Source of the DNA: an uncultured Roseivirgaceae bacterium
GTDB taxonomy: Bacteria; Bacteroidota; Bacteroidia; Cytophagales; Cyclobacteriaceae
NCBI GenBank assembly: GCA_964524405.1
Contig: CAZGDC010000001.1
Span: forward strand, 1 to 49,809
Reading direction: 5' to 3'
DNA length: 49,809 bases
The notes beneath the pieces are model-generated. The model saw only the letters and a list, made by a program, of their open reading frames with translations. It did no database searches and was not told where the DNA came from. Below, piece after piece: positions 28,032 to 37,534 of the stretch. Numbering within the stretch: the stretch's first letter is position 1; each line of letters begins with the position of its first letter. The position numbers and the translations under genes were made by a program.

Positions 28032-30416
28032 CTACTCCCCGTAAGGCACCCAAATATTTTTAATCTCTGTGGCTCTTCTTAAAAAATCATCTACAACAAT
28101 GTGCTTAGGATTAAACCAATCTCTGTTTTTGCCAAAATTTACCCACGTGCGTTTCATGTTTTCAGCCGCTGCTTTTTGAACCCACGAACTTCCATCTTTA
28201 GAACCAAAATACCAAAGCCCATCCACATCATCGTGGTTAGCAAGCACTTTCGTTAACTCCTCCTTATTGCCTGTAATAATATTTATAACACCGCTAGGCA
28301 CATCCGAGGTTTCTAATATTTGGTATAAATCGGTAGCCGAAAGTGGAGCCGTTTCAGATGGGACAGCCACAACCGTATTGCCCATTGCAACCAAAGGTAT
28401 TACTGTAGAAATAAATCCTAAAAGAGGTGCTTCATTAGGGCAAACAACGCCCATAACCCCAATAGGTTCTTTCATAGCCAAGGTTACATTTCTATGTGGC
28501 GTGGCGTGCACATTACCATCATATTTATCTGCCATGGCGGCATAAGTAAATATTCGGTCGATGGAAGCTTCCACTTCTTGCATTGATTTTTTAGTAGATT
28601 GATTTAAGGCAGCCGATAAACGCTCGGCAAACTCGGTCGCTCTTGCTTCTAAATTTTCGGCTAAATAATAGAGTACTTGTGCTCTGTTATGAGCCGTTGC
28701 ATTAGCCCATTTGCTAGCTGCATGCGCAGCTTCCACTGCATTCCTAATGTCTTTCCTGCTGCCCTCGCCTACTTCACCAAGTATATTCCCTTTGGTGTCT
28801 AATACATTTCGGTTGTAATTTCCATCAGGTCGTTTTTGCTTGCCTCCAATGTAAAACTTAGCCGTTTTATCCAAACTTGGCATTCCAGAGGTTGCACTTG
28901 GCAATTTCTCGGTTAATTTTTTAATTTCGGGAGCTACTTTAAACTCATCTTCTATTTTTAATTTAACGTATTCATAAAGCCCTTCAATTCCACCTTCTCT
29001 TCCAAATCCTGATTCACGGTATCCACCAAATCCTGAGGCAGCATCAAACATATTAGTACAGTTAATCCAAATAGTGCCTGCTTTTACTTTGGGGGCAATG
29101 TCTAATGCTAAGTTTATGTTTTCTGTCCAAAGGCTAGCGGCTAAACCGTAGCGCGTATTATTGGCCAGTTTAACAGCCTCGGCAGGGGTTCTAAAACTCA
29201 TGGCCACCAACACTGGACCAAAAATTTCTTCTTGTGCAATGGTCGAAGCAGGAGATACATTGGTAAATAAGGTTGGAGGATAAAAGCACCCTTCACTTGG
29301 GCACTCCCACGATGGCTGCCAAAGTTCAGCTCCTTCATCAACACCTTTTTGCACCAGTTCTTCTATGGTTTTTAATTGCACAGGAGCTACAATGGCACCA
29401 ATATCAATTCCTTTATCTAAGGCATTTCCAATGCGCAAAGTTTCCATGCGCTTGCGAATTTTATCATACAGCTTATCAGCTATGCTTTCTTGTACCAATA
29501 AGCGAGAACCTGCACAGCAAACCTGCCCTTGGTTAAACCAGATGGCATCTACTACGCCTTCTACAACGCTATCGAGGTCGGCATCTTCAAATACAATAAA
29601 TGGCGATTTTCCACCTAACTCAAGAGAAAGTTTCTTTTCTGTTCCTGCAACTGCTTTTCTAATAATTCTACCTACTTCGGTAGAACCAGTAAAGGCAATT
29701 TTACTAATTCCTGGGTGATCCACCATGGCTGCCCCTGTTTCGCCTTCACCTGTAATAATATTAACTACACCGGCTGGTAATCCAACCTTCTCGCATATTT
29801 CTGCAAATAAGATGGCTGTTAATGAGGTAAACTCGGCAGGTTTTAAAATAACGGTATTGCCCATCGCCAAAGCAGGAGCTATTTTCCAGCTCAGCATTAA
29901 CATCGGAAAATTCCAAGGCACAATTTGACCTACAACACCAATTTCTTTATAATCTGGCAATTTATCTGCTTGTACCTGCGCCCAACCCGCATGGTGGTAA
30001 AAATGACGAGCCACCAAAGGAATATCAATATCTCTGGTTTCCCTAATGGGTTTCCCATTATCCATTGATTCTAGCACAGAAAATAGCCTCGCATTTTTTT
30101 GAATTTGCCTAGCAATAGCATATAAATACCTAGCTCTACCATGGCCTCCTAACTTAACCCATCCTTTTAAGGCCTTTTCTGCGGCCTTTACGGCATCATC
30201 TACATCGGCTTTATTAGAGATAGGAATAGAGGCCAGTTTCTCTTGCGAGCAAGGATCGAGGCTATCCATGTATTTTTTTGACTTTGGGGCTACCCATTTG
30301 CCGTTAATAAATTGTTTAACGTTTGGCTGATGATTATTTAACCATTCTATTGCCATATCCTTAGATTCAGGAGCTGGTCCGTATTCCATTGATTCAAAAA
30401 TTGAAGCTACACTCAT
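28032..30416 (-). CDS. ALDH16-like two-domain aldehyde dehydrogenase (complete catalytic ALDH plus C-terminal degenerate ALDH-like domain)
   Basis: The first ~500 aa carry FTGSTEVG, LELGGKSP and the catalytic Cys in FNQGQVCCAGSR. The C-terminal ~290 aa repeat only the NAD-binding half (WYFGSKDG in place of FTGST, VNFGKNRD in place of ELGGKSP) and have no catalytic Cys. Confidence 0.88.
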   Translation of the reverse strand: MSVASIFESMEYGPAPESKDMAIEWLNNHQPNVKQFINGKWVAPKSKKYMDSLDPCSQEKLASIPISNKADVDDAVKAAEKALKGWVKLGGHGRARYLYAIARQIQKNARLFSVLESMDNGKPIRETRDIDIPLVARHFYHHAGWAQVQADKLPDYKEIGVVGQIVPWNFPMLMLSWKIAPALAMGNTVILKPAEFTSLTAILFAEICEKVGLPAGVVNIITGEGETGAAMVDHPGISKIAFTGSTEVGRIIRKAVAGTEKKLSLELGGKSPFIVFEDADLDSVVEGVVDAIWFNQGQVCCAGSRLLVQESIADKLYDKIRKRMETLRIGNALDKGIDIGAIVAPVQLKTIEELVQKGVDEGAELWQPSWECPSEGCFYPPTLFTNVSPASTIAQEEIFGPVLVAMSFRTPAEAVKLANNTRYGLAASLWTENINLALDIAPKVKAGTIWINCTNMFDAASGFGGYRESGFGREGGIEGLYEYVKLKIEDEFKVAPEIKKLTEKLPSATSGMPSLDKTAKFYIGGKQKRPDGNYNRNVLDTKGNILGEVGEGSRKDIRNAVEAAHAASKWANATAHNRAQVLYYLAENLEARATEFAERLSAALNQSTKKSMQEVEASIDRIFTYAAMADKYDGNVHATPHRNVTLAMKEPIGVMGVVCPNEAPLLGFISTVIPLVAMGNTVVAVPSETAPLSATDLYQILETSDVPSGVINIITGNKEELTKVLANHDDVDGLWYFGSKDGSSWVQKAAAENMKRTWVNFGKNRDWFNPKHIVVDDFLRRATEIKNIWVPYGE

Positions 30417-30426
30417 TATATTTTTA

Positions 30427-31398
30427 TTAAGCTACCGGATGTCTGTAACTAGCAGAATATCTACCCGTAGTAAAATGTTCTAATTGTCTTTCTATATCGC
30501 CTAGCAAGCTGCTGGCACCAAACCTAAAAAGCTGATTATTAAGCCATTCATCTCCTAGCTCTTCTTTAATAAGTATAAGCCAAGTAATAGCATCTTTTGC
30601 TTTACTTATTCCTCCTGCAGGCTTAAACCCTACTTTAAATCCCGTGCGTTCGTAATAATCTCTTATCGCTCGCACCATTACCAAACTTACAGGCAAAGTG
30701 GCATTTACACTTTCTTTACCTGTGCTTGTTTTAATAAAATCGGCTCCAGCCATCATGCAAATTTGGCTGGCCTTAGCCACATTGGTTAGCGTAGCCAATT
30801 CGCCCGTTGCCAAAATCGTTTTTAGGTGAGCATCACCGCAAGCTGCTCTAAACGCCTTTACTTCATTATATAATGCTTCCCAGTTGCCTGTAAGCACCAT
30901 GGCACGGCTAATTACAATATCAATTTCTTTGGCACCTGCTGCTACTGAAGCTTTTATTTCCGATATTTTCTGTTCACTTGTAATCTGCCCTGCAGGAAAA
31001 CCCGTTGACACTACCGCCACTGGTATATTACTGCCTTTTAATGATTTTAATGCGGCTGGAATTAAGTTATGATATACGCAAACAGCACCTGTGGTAATGG
31101 GCTGTTCCATACCAAGTGCTTGCAAAATATCTTCTCTTACAGGCTGCCGCGCTTTGGCGCATAAGCGAGCTACATTACCATCGGTATCGTCACCAGCCAA
31201 CGTGGTTAAGTCTATGCAAGTAATTGCTCGTAAAAGCCAAGCAGCCTGCCACTCTTTTTTTACGGCACGTCTTGTGCCCATCGTAGCCGCTCGTCTTTCA
31301 ACAGCACTGCGATTAATTTTAATTTTATTTATTAGACTCAGGTTTAGTTCCGTTCCTGAGTTTCGATTTATTGGGTTCACTTTAGAATCTATCTTCAT
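30427..31398 (-). CDS. deoC: Deoxyribose-phosphate aldolase, long (~320 aa) form
   Basis: IDLTTL, the FIKTSTGK Schiff-base lysine motif and GFKPAGGI. There is a 10-nt gap to the ALDH gene. Confidence 0.92.
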   Translation of the reverse strand: MKIDSKVNPINRNSGTELNLSLINKIKINRSAVERRAATMGTRRAVKKEWQAAWLLRAITCIDLTTLAGDDTDGNVARLCAKARQPVREDILQALGMEQPITTGAVCVYHNLIPAALKSLKGSNIPVAVVSTGFPAGQITSEQKISEIKASVAAGAKEIDIVISRAMVLTGNWEALYNEVKAFRAACGDAHLKTILATGELATLTNVAKASQICMMAGADFIKTSTGKESVNATLPVSLVMVRAIRDYYERTGFKVGFKPAGGISKAKDAITWLILIKEELGDEWLNNQLFRFGASSLLGDIERQLEHFTTGRYSASYRHPVA

Positions 31399-31513
31399 TC
31401 TTACTTGATAATTACATGGTTTCTTAAAGAATTGAAATCAAGAGTGTAAAAATAAGGCAATAGAAATTAGAATCTAAATCGGATGAAACTAATAAGCACA
31501 ATTGGCAGCTCAA

Positions 31514-31858
31514 TCAGTGTACAATTTCACATTCTTTACAAAATTTACGCTTCCCTAGAGGTCTTTTTTTTGGTTTTCGTTTATGGCCAAAATAAGAAAG
31601 GTCAGCGTATTGAGGTTTCTGCATTAGCTTCGCAATTTTTTTCCGTTTCTTAACTAATGCTACCATTCGTTCCTCATACTCTCTTATTTTTTGATCAAAA
31701 TAAAAATCATACGGGTGCACAAATTTGGAATAATAATAGAATTTCCCTTTTTCGTACGTTAAAGCAACCGTTCTTTTTATAGATGCTACTTGTACACTAT
31801 TTTGAGCGAATGCTGATGAACTAACCAGTACTAATAGAATAATGAGTTTGTTTATCAT
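31514..31858 (-). CDS. Hypothetical secreted basic protein
   Basis: Signal peptide (MINKLIILLVLVSSSAFAQ) and a Lys/Arg-rich C-terminus ending CKECEIVH. Start taken at the first ATG. Confidence 0.55.
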   Translation of the reverse strand: MINKLIILLVLVSSSAFAQNSVQVASIKRTVALTYEKGKFYYYSKFVHPYDFYFDQKIREYEERMVALVKKRKKIAKLMQKPQYADLSYFGHKRKPKKRPLGKRKFCKECEIVH

Positions 31859-31880
31859 ACTAACTAAACAAACAGATACC

Positions 31881-31919
31881 AAAAAAATTGCTCCGCCAAC
31901 TAGCGGAGCATTAAAAAAA
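31881..31919 (-). terminator. Rho-independent terminator after the thermonuclease gene
   Basis: 8-bp GC-rich stem (tgctccgc / gcggagca) with a 6-nt loop, followed on the minus strand by a T7 run. Confidence 0.7.
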
Positions 31920-31970
31920 TAATCTAAAAAAATACTTTATTTCTACTATTGGCTAAACAAAACGCTGTTT

Positions 31971-32513
31971 CTATCTTCCGTTTGAATTAACTCTGATTTG
32001 AATTCTATCATACACCCAAGGAGCCATTGGGTCTTCTTTTGTCCATAAACCAGCGTTTTTTTTCTCTGCAATCTGTTGTAATTCCATCAAGTCTGGTTTG
32101 TTTATAAAAAATCTATCTACCCAACCATAGCCCTCTTTAATCATTATTTCATTAATACTTTTTCCTTTATTAGTGGTTACATAAACCAATCTATTACCCC
32201 ATCGGTCTTTGCCGCTATATTCTACCAATACATTTTTATCTGTTATCAATTTTTGCAAATAGTTTAACGATTCTATCCCAAATTCTTGTCCTAATTCAGG
32301 TGCGTCAACACCTTTTAGCTTTACTTTAAATGTGTCATCCTCCATGGTTGAAACCTTGAGTGTGTTACCATCTACCACTTCTAATATTTGCCTTACAGCT
32401 GGCATGTCAGACCCTTGGGCAACTTTGGAAGAAAATAATAATGCAAAAATTAATAATAACACAATTAGCACAAATGCTATGGGGTGTTTTACGAGAGTTG
32501 TTATTGATTTCAT
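31971..32513 (-). CDS. Thermonuclease (SNase) family protein, membrane-anchored or secreted
   Basis: KLKGVDAPELGQEFG ... DRWGNRLVYV ... EIMIKEGYGW matches SNase motifs. The first ATG is at 32513; the track ORF begins at TTG 32543. Confidence 0.85.
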   Translation of the reverse strand: MKSITTLVKHPIAFVLIVLLLIFALLFSSKVAQGSDMPAVRQILEVVDGNTLKVSTMEDDTFKVKLKGVDAPELGQEFGIESLNYLQKLITDKNVLVEYSGKDRWGNRLVYVTTNKGKSINEIMIKEGYGWVDRFFINKPDLMELQQIAEKKNAGLWTKEDPMAPWVYDRIQIRVNSNGR

Positions 32514-32679
32514 CTTTATATAGTTTAGTATTGGGTAATACAAAGTTGAGAAATAGCCTACTTAAATAATACCCGCTTTTATACGTAGATGGCCTTAGTA
32601 TCTTAGCCTAGTAAAAAGAGAAAATCGTACTAGGTTTGAGTTTTATGAAATATGTGAGTTTTCGGAGTGGACTCAATAT

Positions 32680-34371
32680 TTATCGTTCAAATTCTTTAAT
32701 AGCATCATAGATCGCTTGATGCATGGCAGGCCGTATATTCAATTGGTACAATTTTCGATTATTTCGAGTAGGGTAAACACGGTTTGACATAAAAATAAAT
32801 AACATCCCATTTTCAGGATCGGCCCAAGCAAACGTACCTGTATAACCTGCATGTCCAAAACTATGAGCAGAGGCATCTATGGCTGTGGAACCGTTTTCTT
32901 TATTTGTTAGTACTGGTTTATCAAACGCTAAACCCCTCCTGTTCCCTTCGTTACAATAATGGCAAGCTGTAAACAATTCCATCGTATTTTTAGAAATGAA
33001 TTGTTCTCCACCATAGCTTCCCATCCATAAATACATTTGCATAATTTTAGCAAGGTCTAAAGTAGTTCCAAAAAGGCCTGCATTGGAAGAAATCCCTTCC
33101 ATCATAGCAGCTCCCTCATCGTGTACTGTACCTCTTAGAGGGATCATCCGAAAGAGTGTATCAATTTCTGTAGGCACAATTTTATCTGCTTTATAATATC
33201 TTAATGGGTTATAGGTAATGGTACTTGCGCCAAGTGGCTCATATACATTCGTTTTTAAATACGTTTCAAAATCTTGATTAGTAATTTTCTCTATTATATC
33301 AGGATATAGATAAAACGACAATCCTGAATACTTATAACCTGCTTCCTCACGCAAAGGTGATTTACGAATTTGCTTATAAATAATAGCTCTATAATTTTTG
33401 TGCAAATACAGATCATCTACAATTTTTGTAGTGTAGTCATCCGTGTAATCATGCGATAGCGTGTTTCGTTTGTATTTCCCATTTTTTTTAATGGTGGTTT
33501 TCCAATACGGAATCCACGCTTTTAATCGGGCATTATGCGAAAGCACCTGACGATACTGTAAATCCTTTTTATTGCCTTTAGCAAAATAGGGCAAATACGT
33601 ACCCATAGTAGCATCTAAACTAAATTTATCCTGATCGTAAAGCTGCATTAAAGCGGGAAGTGCCCCTGTAATTTTTGTAATCGAAGCAAAATCATAAAGC
33701 AATTCCTTCTTTACTGGCTCTTTATTATCATACGTTAAATAGCCATACGTTTTATGAAATATCACCTTGCCATTTTTAGCCACCAGCACTTGAATACCTG
33801 GTGCCACACCTGAGTCTATCGCCATTAATGCAATGGAATCTATTTTTTGATAGAGAAAAAGGGAGTCAATCCCTACTTCTGAAGGAGTGTCAAAACTAAA
33901 GCGAAGGTTTCCAACCGTTTTAATGCCTGCTCCTATTTCAAATCCATATACAGGGTAAGTAAGCGTTTGATTAAACCCATGCCCCCCAAATAGTTTTTGA
34001 GAGATTAAATCAAGTGTTTTAGCATTTCTGAGATTTGCATAAATAATGGCATCAAATTTATTTATCTGTTCTAGGTTAATGCTTACGGAATCACTAAATA
34101 ATATAAGCACCTTGATTTTAGCTACTGTTTTTACATTTACACTAGATGTAACCAATACGGTTTGGATGCCTTTGTTTTGGGTGTATCGTTTCCCAAATAG
34201 TGCCAATTCTTTATCCTCATAGCTGATAGATAAAGTTTCTAAATTTTTAAAGGGGATAAGATTATGCTCATTTTTAAGAAGAACAATTTCTTTTTCTATT
34301 CTAGCTAGTTTCTCTTGAGCTAACACTTGGGTTGAAAAAACGAATAAAATAATTACCGTAAGCAATCTCAT
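32680..34371 (-). CDS. Serine hydrolase of the beta-lactamase/transpeptidase-like family (secreted, with an N-terminal extra domain)
   Basis: Signal peptide and an S-x-x-K motif (FASITKITGALPA) in the C-terminal ~350 aa. The N-terminal ~190 aa are unassigned. Confidence 0.87.
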   Translation of the reverse strand: MRLLTVIILFVFSTQVLAQEKLARIEKEIVLLKNEHNLIPFKNLETLSISYEDKELALFGKRYTQNKGIQTVLVTSSVNVKTVAKIKVLILFSDSVSINLEQINKFDAIIYANLRNAKTLDLISQKLFGGHGFNQTLTYPVYGFEIGAGIKTVGNLRFSFDTPSEVGIDSLFLYQKIDSIALMAIDSGVAPGIQVLVAKNGKVIFHKTYGYLTYDNKEPVKKELLYDFASITKITGALPALMQLYDQDKFSLDATMGTYLPYFAKGNKKDLQYRQVLSHNARLKAWIPYWKTTIKKNGKYKRNTLSHDYTDDYTTKIVDDLYLHKNYRAIIYKQIRKSPLREEAGYKYSGLSFYLYPDIIEKITNQDFETYLKTNVYEPLGASTITYNPLRYYKADKIVPTEIDTLFRMIPLRGTVHDEGAAMMEGISSNAGLFGTTLDLAKIMQMYLWMGSYGGEQFISKNTMELFTACHYCNEGNRRGLAFDKPVLTNKENGSTAIDASAHSFGHAGYTGTFAWADPENGMLFIFMSNRVYPTRNNRKLYQLNIRPAMHQAIYDAIKEFER

Positions 34372-34440
34372 ACTATTGTTTATTATATCAGAAAATCTAA
34401 GGTAATGGTAATTTGGAAATTGCTAACAAATTAAGCAACA

Positions 34441-34468
34441 AAAAAGGGTGTCGCATGCGACACCCTTT
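34441..34468 (-). terminator. Rho-independent terminator after tRNA-fMet
   Basis: Perfect 11-bp stem (aaagggtgtcg / cgacacccttt) with a 4-nt loop. On the minus strand the stem runs into and is followed by a T-run (5 consecutive Ts, the first 3 forming the base of the stem). Confidence 0.8.
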
Positions 34469-34473
34469 AAGAG

Positions 34474-34546
<73 letters not shown>

Positions 34547-34606
34547 ATATATTTTTACAAAATAATATCGCTATCTATTGCTCAGATTAAAATATTATTT
34601 AATTAA

Positions 34607-34653
34607 CGAGCTACTCCCGAATCTTTCGGGACTCCACCCTGCGATATATTTTT
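34607..34653 (-). repeat. Partial duplicate of the tRNA-fMet 5' part (positions 1-26) plus ~10 nt of leader, interrupted by a 17-nt palindrome
   Basis: cgagctac[tcccgaatctttcggga]ctccaccctgcgatatattttt compared with the genuine cgagctac[caactg]ctccaccccgcgatatattttt at 34521-34556. The flanks match 29/30. Confidence 0.7.
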
Positions 34654-34772
34654 CATTTAAAACCTAACTTTATGACTCATGCCATGTGCCAAACCTTAAA
34701 TGTGTTTTACTTATTTGCCCAAGCCTTTTGCTAAGGGAGTACAAAAATAGATTGCTATTAATTAAAAACAAA

Positions 34773-34780
34773 TACCTTTG
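34773..34780 (+). promoter_or_regulatory. Bacteroidota -7 promoter box TACCTTTG (era)
   Basis: Exact TAnnTTTG match 16 nt upstream of ATG 34797. Confidence 0.4.
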
Positions 34781-34796
34781 CGACATATTATTTTTT

Positions 34797-35675
34797 ATGG
34801 CAGATAAAAAGCACAAAGCAGGATTCGTAAGCATTATTGGAAAGCCCAATGTAGGCAAGTCAACATTAATAAATCAATTGGTGGGCGAACGCCTTTCTAT
34901 TATTACTTCTAAAGCTCAAACTACGCGACATCGCATTATGGGCATTTTGAGCGGAGAAGATTTTCAAGTAGTGTATTCTGATACGCCTGGCATAATTAAA
35001 CCACAATACGAATTGCAAAATACAATGATGCGGTTTGTAAGTTCTTCGCTAGAGGATGCAGATATAATTTTATTTGTTACCGATCTTTATGAAAAGCACG
35101 ATGAGGAGTTTATTCAACGATTAAAATCACTAGAGCAGCCTGTGATAATGGTAATGAACAAAATAGATTTATCTACAGGTTCTCAGGCCTATGATAAAAT
35201 TGCCTATTGGCATGAGGTTTTTACTCCAGCAAAAACCATTGAAGTATCTGCATTAAAAGGGGAAAACGTAAACATCCTTTTCGATACTATTTTGGAACTT
35301 TTGCCAGCGCACGAAGCTTATTTTCCTAAAGATGAGATTACTGATAAACCAGAAAAGTTTTTTGTAGAAGAAATTGTTAGAGAAAAAATATTTCAGAATT
35401 ATAAAAAAGAAGTGCCTTATAGCACTCAAGTAATTGTAGAAGAATTTAAAGAAGATAAAAAAATAATTAGAATTAGGGCGTTAATTTACGTAGAGCGTAA
35501 AAGTCAAAAAGGTATTATCATAGGGCATAAAGGAGAAGCGTTAAAAAAAGTGGGTATTGCTGCAAGGCAGGATATGGAAACTTTTTTTAATAAAAAAATT
35601 CATTTAGAAACGTACGTAAAAGTGGCTAGCGATTGGCGACATAAAAAGCAATCGATTAAAGGATTTGGATACTAA
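34797..35675 (+). CDS. era: GTPase Era
   Basis: G1 motif GKPNVGKST, then DTPG and NKID, with a C-terminal KH domain. Start placed at MADKKHKAGF, whereas the track ORF starts at 34686. Confidence 0.95.
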   Translation: MADKKHKAGFVSIIGKPNVGKSTLINQLVGERLSIITSKAQTTRHRIMGILSGEDFQVVYSDTPGIIKPQYELQNTMMRFVSSSLEDADIILFVTDLYEKHDEEFIQRLKSLEQPVIMVMNKIDLSTGSQAYDKIAYWHEVFTPAKTIEVSALKGENVNILFDTILELLPAHEAYFPKDEITDKPEKFFVEEIVREKIFQNYKKEVPYSTQVIVEEFKEDKKIIRIRALIYVERKSQKGIIIGHKGEALKKVGIAARQDMETFFNKKIHLETYVKVASDWRHKKQSIKGFGY

Positions 35676-35836
35676 TTAAAGAATGATAGAATAGTTAAAT
35701 GAAAGGATGTCTAAGCTACCATATTTGCTAATGAAGATTACCTTTTATCATTCAATCATTAATGTTACTTATAATAGAAACCAAAACTCGACCGGAAGCA
35801 ATAAAGTATTAATAAAACTGTAAGTTAGAAAATAAA

Positions 35837-37144
35837 ATGGCAAATATAGTTGCAATAGTAGGAAGACCAAATGTTGGAAAATCAACTTTTTTCAATCGTT
35901 TAGTAGAAAAAAGAACGGCCATCATGGATAACGAAAGTGGTGTAACACGCGATAGACAATACGGGTATGCCGAATGGACAGGCAAGCATTTTACTACCAT
36001 TGATACGGGTGGTTACGTGAGCGGATCTAGCGATATTTTTGAGGGCGCTATACGTGAGCAAGTAAAGCTTGCTTTAAACGAAGCATCTTGTATTATTTTT
36101 ATGGTTGATGCTAAAGATGGCCTTACAGGTTTAGACGAGGATTTTGCAAAAGTTGTGCGCCAAATTGGCAAGCCTGTATTTATAGCCGTTAACAAATCGG
36201 ATACTACTGAAATGAGTTTTATGGCAGGCGAATTTTATGCCTTAGGCTTTGATGATGTTTTTCCCATTTCATCTTCAAATGGGTCTGGTACTGGCGAATT
36301 ATTAGATGCCGTTGTTAGTACTTTTCAATCAGAAGATGTAGGAAACCCAAATGAAGGAATACCAAGAATTGCCATTTTAGGCAGACCTAATGCAGGCAAA
36401 TCTTCGTTTGTAAATGCGCTGGTAGGCACCGACAGAAATATTGTAACCGACCAAGCCGGCACCACACGAGATTCCATCAATACAAGGTATAATCTATTTG
36501 GTAAAGATTTTATTTTAACCGATACGGCTGGTATTCGAAAAAAATCTAAAGTAACGGAAGATATTGAGTTTTATTCCGTGTTAAGAGCCTTGCAATCTTT
36601 ACAAGATAGCGATGTGTGCATTATTCTAATTGATGCCGAAAGAGGCCTAGAAGCGCAAGATGTAAATATTATTGCACTAGCCGATAAATATGGGAAAGGC
36701 GTATTAATAATGATTAATAAATGGGATTTGGTAGAGAAAGAAACCAATACCGCTGTTAAAATTAGGGAAGAGATGAAACAGAAATTAGGCCCTCTTTCTT
36801 ATGCTCCCATTGTATTTACATCTGTAATTAATAAACAACGAATTTTTAAAGCAATAGAATTAGCAGTCGAAGTTTTTGAGAACCGTGCTCAAAAAATAGC
36901 CACTTCAAAACTTAATGATGCGATGCTACCAGAAATAGAAAGGTATCCACCGCCTGCATTAAAAGGGAAGCATATTAAGATAAAATACATCACTCAATTA
37001 CCTACCCAATCAACCAGTTTTGCATTTTTCTGTAATTTACCACAATACATAAAAGCACCTTACCAACGATTTTTAGAAAATAAATTAAGGGCTCACTTTA
37101 ATTTAGAAGGAGTGCCTGTAAAAGTTTATTTTAGAAAAAAATAA
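35837..37144 (+). CDS. der: Ribosome-biogenesis GTPase Der (EngA), tandem GTPase domains
   Basis: Two G domains (GRPNVGKST and GRPNAGKSS; DTGG and DTAG; NKSD and NKWD) plus a KH-like C-terminus. Confidence 0.96.
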   Translation: MANIVAIVGRPNVGKSTFFNRLVEKRTAIMDNESGVTRDRQYGYAEWTGKHFTTIDTGGYVSGSSDIFEGAIREQVKLALNEASCIIFMVDAKDGLTGLDEDFAKVVRQIGKPVFIAVNKSDTTEMSFMAGEFYALGFDDVFPISSSNGSGTGELLDAVVSTFQSEDVGNPNEGIPRIAILGRPNAGKSSFVNALVGTDRNIVTDQAGTTRDSINTRYNLFGKDFILTDTAGIRKKSKVTEDIEFYSVLRALQSLQDSDVCIILIDAERGLEAQDVNIIALADKYGKGVLIMINKWDLVEKETNTAVKIREEMKQKLGPLSYAPIVFTSVINKQRIFKAIELAVEVFENRAQKIATSKLNDAMLPEIERYPPPALKGKHIKIKYITQLPTQSTSFAFFCNLPQYIKAPYQRFLENKLRAHFNLEGVPVKVYFRKK

Positions 37145-37219
37145 GCATTTAGCTAGGATTAATCTAATTTTTTCAGAAATTTTGATGCTTACTAATATTC
37201 TTAATCTAACAATTTTAAC

Positions 37220-37462
37220 ATGAAAAAATTATTAACACTATTATTTGCAGTTGGCTTTGCATTTACTATGGTAGCTTGCGGAGGAGACACATCTTCTGCT
37301 GAAGAAGCTGCAACTGATGCCATTGAAGAAGCAGCTGATGCGGTTGAAGAGGTTGCAACTGATGCGGCTGAGGCTACAACAGAAGCAGTAGATGATGCAG
37401 CTGATGCAGTGAAAGACGCAGCTGATTCTCTTGCTACTGAGGTAAAAGAATCGATGGATTAA
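37220..37462 (+). CDS. Small acidic Ala/Asp/Glu-repeat lipoprotein
   Basis: Lipobox (FTMVAC|GG) followed by about 55 aa of degenerate A-x-D-A-x-E-E/A-A repeats. Confidence 0.7.
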   Translation: MKKLLTLLFAVGFAFTMVACGGDTSSAEEAATDAIEEAADAVEEVATDAAEATTEAVDDAADAVKDAADSLATEVKESMD

Positions 37463-37488
37463 AGAGTAAAAAACTCTAAACTATTCAT

Positions 37489-37527
37489 AAAAGGGAGGAA
37501 ACTATTAGTTTTCTCCCTTTTATTTTT
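37489..37527 (+). terminator. Rho-independent terminator
   Basis: 12-bp stem (aagggaggaaac / gttttctccctt, one G:U pair) with a 5-nt loop, followed by ttatttttat. Confidence 0.8.
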
Positions 37528-37534
37528 ATAAAAT

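Noticed and set aside
539-29928. Many 60-160-aa ORFs in the track lie antisense to or inside larger genes. Examples: 539-802, 1094-1426, 6752-7048, 7255-7629, 16956-17924 series, 20425-21924 series, 23089-23565, 28267-29928 series, 30884-31408, 42852-43139, 43776-44102 and 47214-47573.
   Set aside because: They lie wholly within confidently identified genes on the opposite strand, have low-complexity Ser/Pro/Ile-rich translations and show no motifs. They are shadow ORFs, not genes.
37159-37209. TTAATCTAA direct repeat (37159-37167 and 37201-37209) upstream of the acidic lipoprotein gene.
   Set aside because: It is a short AT-only 9-mer in an AT-rich promoter region, with no third copy or symmetry to support a binding site.
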